Assembly (NCBI GenBank): GCA_012295275.1
Contig: CM022670.1
Coordinates: forward strand, 11,346,001 to 11,410,000
From: Chrysomallon squamiferum
Lineage: Eukaryota; Animalia; Mollusca
DNA length: 64,000 nt
Direction of reading: 5' to 3'
Shown here piece after piece: positions 25,308-38,522 of this stretch (positions are counted from its first letter, which is position 1; every line of letters begins with the position of its first letter). The position numbers and the translations under genes are program-made. The notes beneath the pieces are model-generated. The model made no database searches. It had not been told where the DNA came from and was given only the letters and a program-made list of their open reading frames with translations.

Positions 25308-28300
25308 GATTATTACAAAAGTTTGGTCGTTTTTCAACTAATTTAGTAATTATATGTGTCGGTCAGTTTCATAATCAGGACAGAAGGTATTGTTTTTGCT
25401 GAAGGTCATAAAAATTACAATTTTTCTGATGCATAATCTTGTTTTACACTATTTATCACAAAGTAATGCAAGTGTGAATTGTTTTCATCCATTCAGGTGT
25501 TGATGGCTACAAGTTCGCTGTTATTAAATATTAATTCGTCCTTTTAAATCTTGTTTAGTTCTGCTCTGCTTTACTGATTGCAACATTTATAAATCCCAGA
25601 AGGCCGGGCAGTTGAAATTCTAATGGAAACTTGCCATGGTAACATCAATTATACAAAAACAATGGATTGTATTTCCTACAGTTTCCTGGTATGGTTTTTC
25701 ACAATTCAAAATAGGCTTTTACATTGCATTCCTGATATGACAAAAGAATGATCAGAAATAAATTATAATGGAAAACAGCATAGAAAACAGAGGAACCAGT
25801 GTTGTCATCAAAGCTGCAACAGTTAGCTTGCAGCAGGCAGTGAAGCATTTCATTTTATGGTTTATGATTTTAGTATTTTTAGTTATAATTCACATTGAAA
25901 TAAAACATTAATAATCATTTTATTTGTGTTAAAACTTGTTATAAGTGATTTATTTATTTACCTATTTATTTATATCATAAATTTAATTTCAGATAAATGT
26001 ACAAAATACAATTTTCAAGGAATGTTGTAAGACTGATAATATTTATAATAATGGTTTTGTATATTTGCACTGAGTCACATTTTTGCATTGTTTTATTAAC
26101 TTGATGGTCCAATGAACTGCATTCTGCACACTATTATTGACAAGAATAATAAAACAAATAATAATATAGGTGGGTTTTCTGTGAAAAAAACAAAAGCAAC
26201 TTAACTTTATATGATACTCTCTGCACAGTTATTTTTGTTTAACCAATGTAACAACACAGTCTAGCAACTTGGGTCTTATAGGGAATGAAATTATTGAATA
26301 TTAAGATTAAGACATTCTTTTTTTCTTTTAAAATGTGTGATCAATAAAATGGTGGAAATAAAATAGTAAATATGACTATTGATTTTTCTTTTGCACAAAT
26401 TTAAAGGATATTAATTGTCTAAAAATACAATAAAAAGAAAAAAACTTTTCTTTCATATATGACTATTTTATAATATTTATAATGTATATCCTAAATTTAT
26501 GATTTAAATTTAAAATCTGATCATATTTATGTGCAGAAAATTTTGTCGAACAATTATTTCATAAACTTCAGTTTTGGGAACAATTTATAAAAAGATTAAA
26601 CTTTCAAACTATTATAGTTCAATAAAGATAAGACCACTTCAATCCACTGTTACTCAGTTTATCACTCTCACTATCAGATAATTTATGTCCAAATTTAAGA
26701 AGAAAAAAAAATAATCCTCCAAGGAAAAAATAGCCAAAGACATTCAGGTAATGAAAGGTATCCTGTGTGTTTTCTTAATAATAGAAACTACATCCCTGTG
26801 GCTTTTGTGTTGAAATACAAAGAGACTGGTCACCATTGTTAAGAAGAATAGGTGTAAATTAGTAAAGCTCTCAACAAAACAGCAGAAGTTGCATGTTTTT
26901 GGGGTTGTTATTTTTTTATATTATTGTCTTACCTCTGGCTCACATTAAATTTTTGTTTGAACTGGATTGGGTGTGAAGCATACTGAGTCAATATTGACCC
27001 ACTCACCATTATCTAAAGGGTTGGCTGCCCTGTCACTGCATGGATCTCATTCCCCATGGTGCTATAGCAGGTAAGAGTGGCTTTTTAGTTCAGAGAAAGG
27101 AAAAAATATCCACAGAAACTATCTTTGATAAAGCCGTTAGAACTGGGGTACATCTGTGAGAAAACAGGACTTTTACATGAACAAAGGCTGTAGCTAGCTG
27201 TGATTGTGAACAATATCCATTCATAACTGACTGCCGCAGAAATATCAGCATACAGTAGCTGACTGGGTGAAAGCAATTGTTGGAAGAGCAGCTGTCTCCC
27301 ACCAGTCAGCCTGTTGGTATCACAGAGGTCAGACCTGAGTAGCGCATCAGTTGACTATCACCTCTGTCTCTGAAGCAATATTGGGTATAGCCACTCTTAT
27401 GGCAGAGTGACAGCCTTCACATTATGTATGTTTGTTGGTATAACAACACACAGCAACCAGCAGTATCTGCTCTACCTGGCACACTACAGTTTGCCCCTAC
27501 TCCAGTGGCTGCAGCCTCACCCCCAGCAGGTCTACCCGCACCTACCGAACTTCTTGTACCCATAACGGCTCAACAACACATCCTTAGTGCCCAACAGTCT
27601 ATGCTGGCAACAGTTGCTTTACCTAGAAAGGTATGTTTTTTCTTCATTAATTTTTTATCATTTTTTTATGAAAAAGAAAGAAAAATTACTAGCTTGTTTA
27701 TAACACCTCAAATAACTAAATTGATTTTTTACTCTTTTTTATTTACTATTATTGTTATTAACAGTGAAATCAGACTTTGGGTTAGTTATCAAAACATGTA
27801 GTTAATTATCTTACGGTTAATCTATAGCTGGAATAATATTTTGTCAGTTTTATAAGTATTGCTGTTATAGTTGCCAGTTAATGTTTACAATCATAAATAA
27901 TTTAAGAGTTTTAAAAAAAAAAAACTTTACATGTTCCTCATTTTGTGTGTTGTTTAAAAATGGTTAATATTTGTTAGAAACTGAAGACAAAGCTTTGTTA
28001 ATCCATAAATGTTACAGTGGGATATTGTTAAAACTACAGTTACCAGTAACCATAACAACTTATGATTGTTGTTCAGTATTTATTTAAGAGCTTGAAATTC
28101 TGTCGGAATTATTTAACACTGGTGAAATAATGACAGACTTATGGTAACATTTATACTGAAGAACTGACGTGTACATCTGTACATATTGTGTCTGCTTATA
28201 GGAGTGACATTTTTAGCCATGCGTCATTAGCATTCATGATGAGGGTCAGGCTAGAGGGAGCTGAGTTAAACATTTCCACGTGGTTGACCTTCTTTTTCTC

Positions 28301-31123
28301 AGTGTTGTGGGAACTCTGTTTCTTTGTGTTGCCAGTAGTTTTGGCGGGAAGTGTGTGAAAATGACACATGGTCTTTATAATCTATATCCATTATCACCTG
28401 TTTACTGTGCACAAACCTCACAGAAATGCAGTTGAAATGAGATTACATATTTTCTAACAGTTATTATTGGGTCTTTTTTTTTTTTTCTCCTTCTGATGAT
28501 TTTAAGAACTTGTATTATTTTCATTCAAAATCTTCATTCATTTTGAATTGTACATTTCCTCATTATCTCCTTTTCTTCCTTTGAATCCAAATTGAAAACA
28601 AATTTTACAAAAATGTAAGAAAATAAATAAATTGTATTGTTCATTATTAGTTAAAAATTCAGTAATCCATTAAATTTGAAATAAGTTCATACTTAACAAT
28701 CAAAAACTCAAAAGTCTTTCAAATTTGAGAAATCCTTTATTGATAATTTTATAAAACCAGACATATAACAGCTTCATAATATAATGCTGTTTTATCTTCT
28801 TCTTTTTTCTTTTAATCTAAATTGCCAATACAAAATCACAAGATTGTCTGTCAGAAGCAAAACAAAATTAAAAGATATATGTATTTAAAAACATCAAAAA
28901 AGCACAAACAGCATGTTTAAATATACATTTCTTAACATTTGCCTGTTAGTGTTAAATAATCTTGTGATTTTTGTTACGTAATTTTAATTAGAATCTCATG
29001 CTCTATAATCTCAGTTCATCACTGCTAATACATGATGATGCTAGGTTCCACTGTCAGCAGGTACTGGAAACAAACAACAGATTTTTGCAAACAATCTGTC
29101 ATATTCTTTTTTCTTATGATTTTGCAAAATGGATGCCACCATTAGTCACAGACTAATGATTGTTACTTACTATTGATCAATACCCATTACTTCTCTGACA
29201 GACCTATTATTTTCCTTTTTCATTACGAAAATGCTTCTAATGAACTGCAGTTAAATCAGATCTGTATTTTCACAATATATTTTGCACATTCTTTAAATGT
29301 TTGTTGCTAATAACATTAGGGAAAAAAAAATTCAAAAAATTAAGATGAAACAAAACAACAACAATAAAAATACACTGTCATCCAGTCATTAAGAGGGATT
29401 GTTTGTTGTTACAACAGTATTGTGTGTTCATTTTAGTTCTGACAATATTACATTCACATTTTTCCTTTCTTATTTTTTTGTTGAAAAATGTAACTGATTT
29501 AATTATATTCTTAAAAGTTGGGTGAACATTTCCAGCTGCATCATTGTTGGAACTTGAACAAAGATAGTGATTCCGTAAAAACAAAAGATAATGTTCTGCT
29601 AAAACAAGAAAAAAAGAGAACAAAAACAAAATTCCCTGGTATCATAACCTCAGCAGCCAGTAAATTTGCACATGAGGTTTTCATTGCAGTGGAAGAAGAA
29701 AATTGACATTTGTGAACTGAAAGGCAATATGCTTTCATGTTTTTCATAGGTCAGACTACCATACTGATGATACAGCAGACACATGTTGTTTGAAGAAGTT
29801 ACCATAGTTTTTATTTCAACAAGTACATTTGCATCCTACAAAGCACAAGTTAAGAACAAAAGTTGTTTTTAATAGTCCTGTGTTTTGCCTTAACAAGAAA
29901 AAACTAAAATAAATAAATAAATAATAAAAATTAAAGTTTTTTTAATTAAAAATGTCTTACTTACGGGATAGAAACTTAATCTACTGATTTATAGTAATCA
30001 TTTTCGTAAAAGAAAGGAGAATGGAGAAATTCTTACCTGATTTAAAAATTACCAAAAAAACAATCAACAAAATCTGTTTTCATATATTTGTGACTTTTTT
30101 GTCATTAGTATTTTCTAGTTTCTTCATCAAAATAGAATTTGCACATATAAATGGTTAAAATATTTATTTGTTGTTGTTTTGTCTGAAGGAAACTATTTAC
30201 ACAAACATGCACACATTTTTCCTTTTTATTTTGTCAGTTTTGAAAGTGAAGTAACAAAATTAAAAAAAAAAAAAATTCTTTTCTGCAACATCTGTAATGT
30301 ACATGTACATTAATTTTTAGTGGGATTGTGTATGTATGTGTGTGTGTGTTTGTTTTTGTTTTTGTTTTACCAGATGTCTTATTATTTTCATTTCTACAGA
30401 AGTTACTCTCTTTTTTTTTTTGGTACTGTTTTTAAAGCAGACATCTTGAACTGTCTTTAGACAATATCTGGAACTGATTTAGAAATGTAATTTAAAGTGT
30501 ATGGTTTTATTTAAAATGACAAGATTAGTATTTCTTCAACTGATAATTTGTTTTACAATGCAACATTATTAAATTACATATCACTGACATTAAATGTTGA
30601 TTTTTAAAATGACAGAAAACATTTTTGTTAATAGACTTTGAACCTATTATATGTCACAATAATTTTAAGTGATTTTGTTTATTTACAAATAGTAAGAATG
30701 ATTGAACAAGTAAAACTTAACAACTCCTCATTACATTTTTGTAAATGTTCAGTAGCAGCTATGCTTCTTTTCTGTATTCTTTTCCACAGATTATAGAAGA
30801 TTAATCAGTATTTTCATATTTAAGCTTTAGAAAAAATCTGTTTTGAATTTTAGCCTCACTCCAGTCAATAAGATAACCCAAATCACCATGCTGGTCAATA
30901 TATAAATAATCATGCTTTATGAAAATCATCAAGGAACCATTATTTTTTCAGCCAGCAAAGATACACTGTCATAACACGATTAATTATTTGGGTAGAAAGA
31001 GTATTAGGATTAGAAATAATGACTGATGCATTTAAATGAGATAATGAACAGGGGCATTTTTTATATAAAGCTTCATACTGCTGTGCAAAGATAAAGTTTA
31101 GACTTCGTTCAATCTAATTTACT

Positions 31124-31176
<53 letters not shown>

Positions 31177-34100
31177 GCCTTTTTTAATAAATCATTTTCT
31201 GTTAAAAAATTATTCCAATTTAAAAAATACAGTGCAGTTTCCGATTATAACTACATTTTTTATGAAGCATCGTATTTCATGTCATTATTCTAGTTGCTGT
31301 CAGTAATGAAATTTGAAACCAGCCGTTTGTTTGGTTTATGCTCACATAACCATAATTTATTTTTGAATATTTTTTCATGAAAGGTAATGGTTTACTTGTT
31401 TATTCGTGTTTATTAAAACCGTTTATAGGTGGACTGAACAAGTCAGAAAGGTAGTTAAAAGTCTGTTTACTGAAGATTTGCTTTTAGCATGTTTTGCATG
31501 TTTACTGGATGTTACAAATGTTTTGTATCCATGGTGTGCTTCAGATAATAGTGATTAGTTTTATTATCTGTGGGTTCCAGTGTCAGGCAATACTGTAGTC
31601 ACATTATTTATGCAGGTGTTGGATGCATTCATGCATCTCATCTGACAGATCCAGCATTAATATGTTGATGAATCAATATTTAATAGGTTTATTCTTTTCT
31701 TGCCAGATTTGATACAGATTGTGTTCACAGATCAGACTCAAAACTGGTACTGATCATGGAATAACAACCAAAAAAAGAAGAGAAAACAGCTTTCCTCCTG
31801 TAAAAACCTTTCTATGATATATTTATCATTATTCAAAATATAAAAGAAAAATATGTAATCCCATAAAATAAAATAAAAAATAAAATATATTAAAATAAAA
31901 TAAAATATTACAAATTATAAAGAAAAGAGAAGAAATATTCTATGAAATGAGTAACTGGTTGAAATAGAATGAATGTCAGGTCAAGAAGGCTTTGACAGAT
32001 ATTTCATTTTTCGAAAAAGATCATTTTTGTTTAATGTAAAAATTATAATATAAGTCTAATGTGACATGTTACAATATAATTTAAAAAAACAAACAAAAAA
32101 ACCCCCTAAAACATCTTTAAAAAATATATATATATTTTAATAGCTTTAATACTACATCTGTCAAATTTGTATGAAACTTGTATACATTTAAAACATTTTA
32201 CAAAATGTTATTTTTTAACAGCCGGCTTGTGACAGCTGACTATGTTCTGTTGACATAAAGTGTTAAAGAATTCTGCAAATTATTTGCCTACAGGCTTATT
32301 AGTGCCAGTATAAACTTGCAGCAGGACTTGTTAGATCCATATAGTAAATATCCTTAAAGTCTGTATACATAAAACACAGGCTTTTCCAAATGTGATCTCT
32401 GCTCCCTTTAGATATGATGGGCAATATAAATTCAAGAGGTTTAGCACCATGCCAACCATTTGTTTCTGAATAAGTAGGGTAAAGTGTTGTGCAAATATTT
32501 TGATTTATACTGTAGATATTAATTATACTTTTTTAACTTGCTCACCTTTTAGGCATTTAAGCAGCCTTGTACTTAGTCGTTACGTTGTCAAGGAGACAAC
32601 ATATTACTTGGCACTGTAGTTACAATCCATATTTATCATTATGATTAATTTGGATTAAGGTACACTATTAATGATAATTGCTAAAGCATTTTTAAATAGA
32701 AATAGATTTTTTTATATATTCAGAATGTTTTTATTCAAATTATTTGTAAAAAAATTATTTTTGTCATTTAATGTGCAGAATTTTTATTTTTCATCTTGCA
32801 TTTTCTGTGTTAAATTTAGTTTGATGAATCTCAGTCTGTTTTGTAAGCAGTAGTCCCATTACATGATTTTGTTGAAGAAAATTAATATATTCCCTCTCAG
32901 AAATTAATTTGTATTAATTAAGCAATATTCAGAGCACCCAAAATTATATGTAAATAGTGAAAAATCATTTTGGTAGTCTTATTATTCTTTATTGCATTAG
33001 TTTGGTTGAACATTAAAGAAAACAGTTTATGAAATGATTTTCTGAAAAAATATCTATACAGTGAAGGCTGTTTCAGTAAAAGGTGTGTTTTATCATTGAA
33101 CATATTTTTCAGTCTTTAAAATATTTTCTGTAATTAACAAAAGACTGTATCACCAGTGAGATGACCTCAAGAGGCATTCTGCAGACGGTTTATTATGCCA
33201 TGTCAGAGAATCTTTCATATCTTGATCACTAAGATTTCAATTTACTTATCAGCAGTGTTTAGCTCAAAACCAATTTATCTTGTAAAATGATCAAGGCTTT
33301 TTAATCATCTTCTTCGAAACTAAGGCCAAACAATATAGTCACAGTCATTTCTGACTCAACCTATTTTAAAACAACAACTATGAAGGTAAGTGTCTGCTTT
33401 TAAAGTACATGAATTATTCGTAATTTGAAGTGGTTTCTTTTGTTAGTAAGTAAACACAGTAAATGTATATATGAGAGATTTATTTCAAGAGTAGGTGGCA
33501 AGCAATTTATTTTACATCTCATTCAGCGTATATCTACATTGATATAGTATTACTAACAGGAAGTAAGTGACCAATTTCAAATGCAAATTCATTTTTAATT
33601 TTGTATTAAAGCTCCATAATGTGTCCTTAAATACTGCAGATAATTTTTTAAATGATGGTGGGTGCAAATTATTCTACAACTGGTAACATTTTGAAATGAA
33701 GCAGAGAGAATAGTTATTAAGAAAAAAATATCAACTGATAGTTTTAGCTGAAAGAAAATACTTCATGAAAATTGATTTGGAAATGTATTGTGAAATTCTT
33801 TGTTCAAGAGGTCTGTATGGTTAACATTTACACTACACCTGTTTCTTAAAAGGGAGAGAACTTGTTCAACGTTAAAACACATTAAAATAGTTCCTGTTCA
33901 GACATGTTGCAACACGTATGTTTTCCTTCGTTTGTGAACTGTTCAAAGTATGCAAGTAATTATATCAAAGAAGAGAGTATATAGAGATCTGTGTATACTG
34001 AATCTTGATATTGATTTACTTTTATGTTGTCTCCGAGGCGACGGCTTTAAGCTTTCAGTGGAGTGTGACACTATAGAGCTATTTCCTAAAGGTCATATAA

Positions 34101-37100
34101 AGCTTGTCAACTTTTTAATCGAACACTTTGAATAAAGACATGGTTCAAATGTTAATGTTAAATGAAGCAGAAAATAAAAATGGAAACAAGTGACAGTGCT
34201 GGTATATTGCTAGGTTAAAGCTTCATTAGTTTGAGTTGTTTTGAAATAGAAATGAAAGAACAAGAGGCATCAGCTTTCAGGCCTCCTATTTTCTAAACAC
34301 CAGCACCATTCATGTAAATCAGAGTAAACGATAAAAAGGTTTTTAATATAATGATAAACTAGTGCCTTTGCCAAAAATTTCACATATTGTGTGTGAAAGG
34401 GGGGGATACAGAATATTTAAAATTTCTTTAACTGTAAAGGATTTTACAAACTGAGAACATTTATCGGACATAATATCACTTTCAAAATCTGACCCTCTAA
34501 AAAAAAAAGGGCAACATAATTAAGTTAACTGCAACACAAATAGTTGTATTTAGTGTTTATGGGGGATAATTTTAAACACATATTAAATGAGTCATGCCGA
34601 TTAGACCAAATGCCAGATGATTACAAAATTTTGCCCAATTTATCAGCAAATTAACATCACATTTTGTTACATTTCACTGTTTGCCCTTTACGTTTGCATC
34701 ATTATTTGTGTCCCTAAAGAGAAAAGCTAGTTATGGCACAATTTTTTGACGGTTTGTCATAAATGAATTACTTCTATGTTAAGTATGTGACATATAAAAG
34801 AATGTCTTTTTTTTTCTGATGAATTGTTTATCTTTAATTTACTACTACTAATAAAAAAAAATATACATATATAGTTACATTTCAGATGTTAGTAATTATT
34901 TACATAAATAAAAATTAAAGAACTGGGAGAACAGTTAAAATAACTATGACGTATATGTAATTGATAAAACAAATCAGAAATCATAATGTCTGGTTTTATT
35001 GTGTTTAACAAAAATAAATTAAAGGACCAAATTAAATGAAATTTTGAAATGAAAATAAACCATTGGAGAACCATCCATTTAGTAAACAAGATTCCAGACA
35101 CTACCTTTAAATTGAATGTCTAAACTGGATGGGTATTGTAAAGTTGATAAAAATTATTTCCTGTTACTTTAATTGAGGTAATGTAAATGTGAAAACTAAG
35201 TGATTATTTAATTAATTTACTTAGTTAATTTTATAGAATTTTACTCATACACAGCCGAAATTTTTTTTTCTGTGGTGAAAGTTACACAGTTTAACATGAA
35301 CATTTTTATTATACATATCTATAGGGGGAAAACTTGTGGTGTATAGAGTTGTTTTGTTAGCCAATTAGATTAAAAGAATGAGTAAGCAGACAAATAGTCT
35401 ATTATAGTTTTTGTTTACGAAAATAAAAAATAAAAGAATCGTTGGATGTGAAAAGGAAAATGTGTACAATTGTAATTTAATGCATTTATTATTTATTTAT
35501 TTCACCAGTGTGCAGAACTGACCGACTGATGCATAGTTATTGGGTCTTATAAAATTTGGTTTTCAAAGGAATATTTAGAGATCCAGCAATGATTTAAGAT
35601 CGTTTTGCAAATGAGACAATATGGTCACTATAGAGAAGAGTTGCCCTTGGTCAAAGTCCTCTATTACTATTTAGTCTGATGGTCATTATGTATTACTCGA
35701 GAACCTGATTGCTGCTTTTTCAACCATTAAAACCTATCCATATATGTCAGTTATTGTTTAAAAGTAGTTTCTGAGTGGATGGAAATAGAAAGTGACGTGT
35801 ACATATTGCAGTGGTGATCCGATTTGCTAGTCTTTATTTCAATATTTTTGCGTGTTTTGCTGGCTTTCAAATATTACATGGATTTCAGAAAATTAAATCT
35901 TTTGTAAAAAAAAGAATTATTTAGATAATATTGTAAATGCACGTAATTACCTGATTTTTACAAAATGATCTCATTTCTATAATCTAGCAAATATTAAACG
36001 GTATGTTGCTCCTGCCATTAATTTCTGCATGATGAAATAGATGAAAGATTGCTGTCTATTTTCATTTGTGTAGGCTATTATTAACAGGTTGTAATTTGCC
36101 AGACTGCTGAGAGTTTAATACTGTTTCCATAGATCAGGTAAAAACACTAAAAAAATCTTAGAGTAATTGGTGTATTGCATTGGAGAATATCATATTCATA
36201 AGATTTGTGTAGTACTTACTGAAATACAGCTCTATTAAATATGATTCATAAACTCTAACTGGCAATTTCAGATTATATCCATGTCCAAAAAAATGGATTT
36301 AAAAATGAATTACAGTTTTTGCATGCTCTTTCTATGAATGTGGAAAATTACTTGAAAGTTGTTGGTGGGGTTGGTGGGGTTTTTTTTTTTTTTTTTTTTG
36401 TCATTAAATGAAATAAATCTGGAAAAGATGTCACAAAAATAAATGGAGAGAATAATAATTTTGAATAGTTTTTGTTTTAAAATACATTCTGGTTTTAAAC
36501 ACACATTACTATCTAAATACTTCTATTTTTTAATTTCTTTTTCTTTCTTTTTTTAAATTTATTTATTTTATATGTTATTTCATGCAGCAAAACATAAAAA
36601 AATCCATGATAGACTGAGGATACTGTAACAGTAATTTGTTATCTGTTTTAGTTATTTTTTTAATTTTTAAAATTTTTTTTTTTTTTTTGCCCATAAAAAA
36701 ATGGGCTAGCTTCATCTATAAAATGTTGGCCCATTAATATGGTTTTATTATTAGCAAAAGTACTGTGACTGGTTACAGGATCAAATGTCTTTAGTACCCA
36801 CCACCAATTCATAACATTCAAAGCAGCTAGCCACAATTTTTAAATAAATAAATAGTAGCTAGTTCTTTCTCATTATGACAGGCTATGTGGTCCTTAACAA
36901 TATTGTATGTCCATACATGGCTGTTTATTAAAAATGCATTGTTACATTTTTTTCGCTCATTTTCCCCCCTGTTTCAGTAATATTTGAATTTTCCTGTAAG
37001 GTCACTGATAATATAAATTATTCGAATAAATAATTATTAAAAATGTCTATATATTAGCAAAACATGTATAATTCTTAACCATCTATATTTAAAACTGATA

Positions 37101-38467
37101 TTGCAAAGTCCTCTGGAATTGTTTTGATGGTTTGTTTGAATTTGTTTTTTCTTTTTCTTTTTTTTTTTGTATTATTAATACATCCATTTTTATTTTAAAA
37201 AAGAAAGTAAGACAAGATGATGAAATTAGAAAACATAAATTAAAATTATAAACTGCTTTAAAAAAGAAAATAAATTTTTATGAAGTCTCTACATTTCTCA
37301 TCCCTTAAATATTTTCAGTATCTGTAAGGTACTGGTGTGGAAATAACAGCAGCTTTTTAAAAGTTTTGCTTTCCAGATTATAACAAAGGGTGTCCTGGAG
37401 TTTGCCCATAAAATGGGCTAGCTTCAGCCAGAAAATGTAAAATTGGCAGCCAGTTTTCTCAGCAACTGCTCTGGATATCTGCACTAGAGCAGCTGACAGA
37501 GAAGAATTTATGGTGTGACAAAGCTTTGAAGGTTGTTTTCTCTCTTAGTTCCACTGATAAATATATGGTAACCACATCTTTAGCAGTGACAGCCTAAGAA
37601 TAAAGGAATATAGGATATTTGCTTTGAGATTTTGTATGTATTATCCTGCTTTAGGTGATTTTAAAAAAATAATAAATTATTATTTATTTATTTTTATTTA
37701 TTTAAATATTTTATTATTTTATTTTATTTATTTATATATATATATATTAATTTTTTTTAAATATAACTTCTATACAAAATTCATAACATAAAGAAACAAA
37801 AAGTATAAGGTGGTAATAAAAATAATAATAATAAATAGTATCTGATACCTTATAACATTTATATATGTCCAAAATCATTTGTTGACTAATTATTAATGAT
37901 CATTTAAAAAAAAAAAAACCAATGATTATCTTTAACTTTTTCTTCTTTATGTAATCAGATTTTTCACAAAAATATATATTCATAATGCAATTTCAAATTA
38001 ATGTTCTTTATGTTAAATTGCAGTTTATAGTAAATATGTATATACATTTAACAAAATTTTTAAAGAAAAAATATTGAGCTGTTTTTGAAGGTCATTATAA
38101 CCTTAAATAGTTGATATACTATGCATTTCGTAATTTATATGTCAGACATATAAATACCAATTACAATTCGCGCAAACAATTGCAGACAAAAGCATTAAGC
38201 ATAACAGTAAAATTTTCAATAATGATAAATCAAATCAATTTCCAAGTTAAATAGGAACAATAGTAAAATTTTAAATACTTTCAAAAATGTTTGCAACAGA
38301 TTCCAAATTTTTTAGATGTATAAAAAAGTTATCATTCAGACTGAAACATTTTGATGGATATTCAAAAAAAGATAACAATATACCATTTAAAGAATTGCAA
38401 ACAAAGTCTTGTAGAGATGCATGCTTCAAAGTCAAAAGTTATTTTACCTTTTTCTCCATTTATTATA

Positions 38468-38522
<55 letters not shown>

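Noticed and set aside
26742-26762. ATGAAAG|GT donor-like sites (also ~31378 and ~40119)
   Set aside because: Phase 1, with no matching acceptor or promoter evidence
29032-29200. Possible intronic C/D box snoRNAs (ATGATGA at ~29032 and ~49610)
   Set aside because: No D box at a suitable distance, no terminal stem, and no recognisable rRNA guide
29518-29747. Overlapping ORFs on both strands in a PTB intron
   Set aside because: No splice signals giving a compatible phase and no recognisable domain
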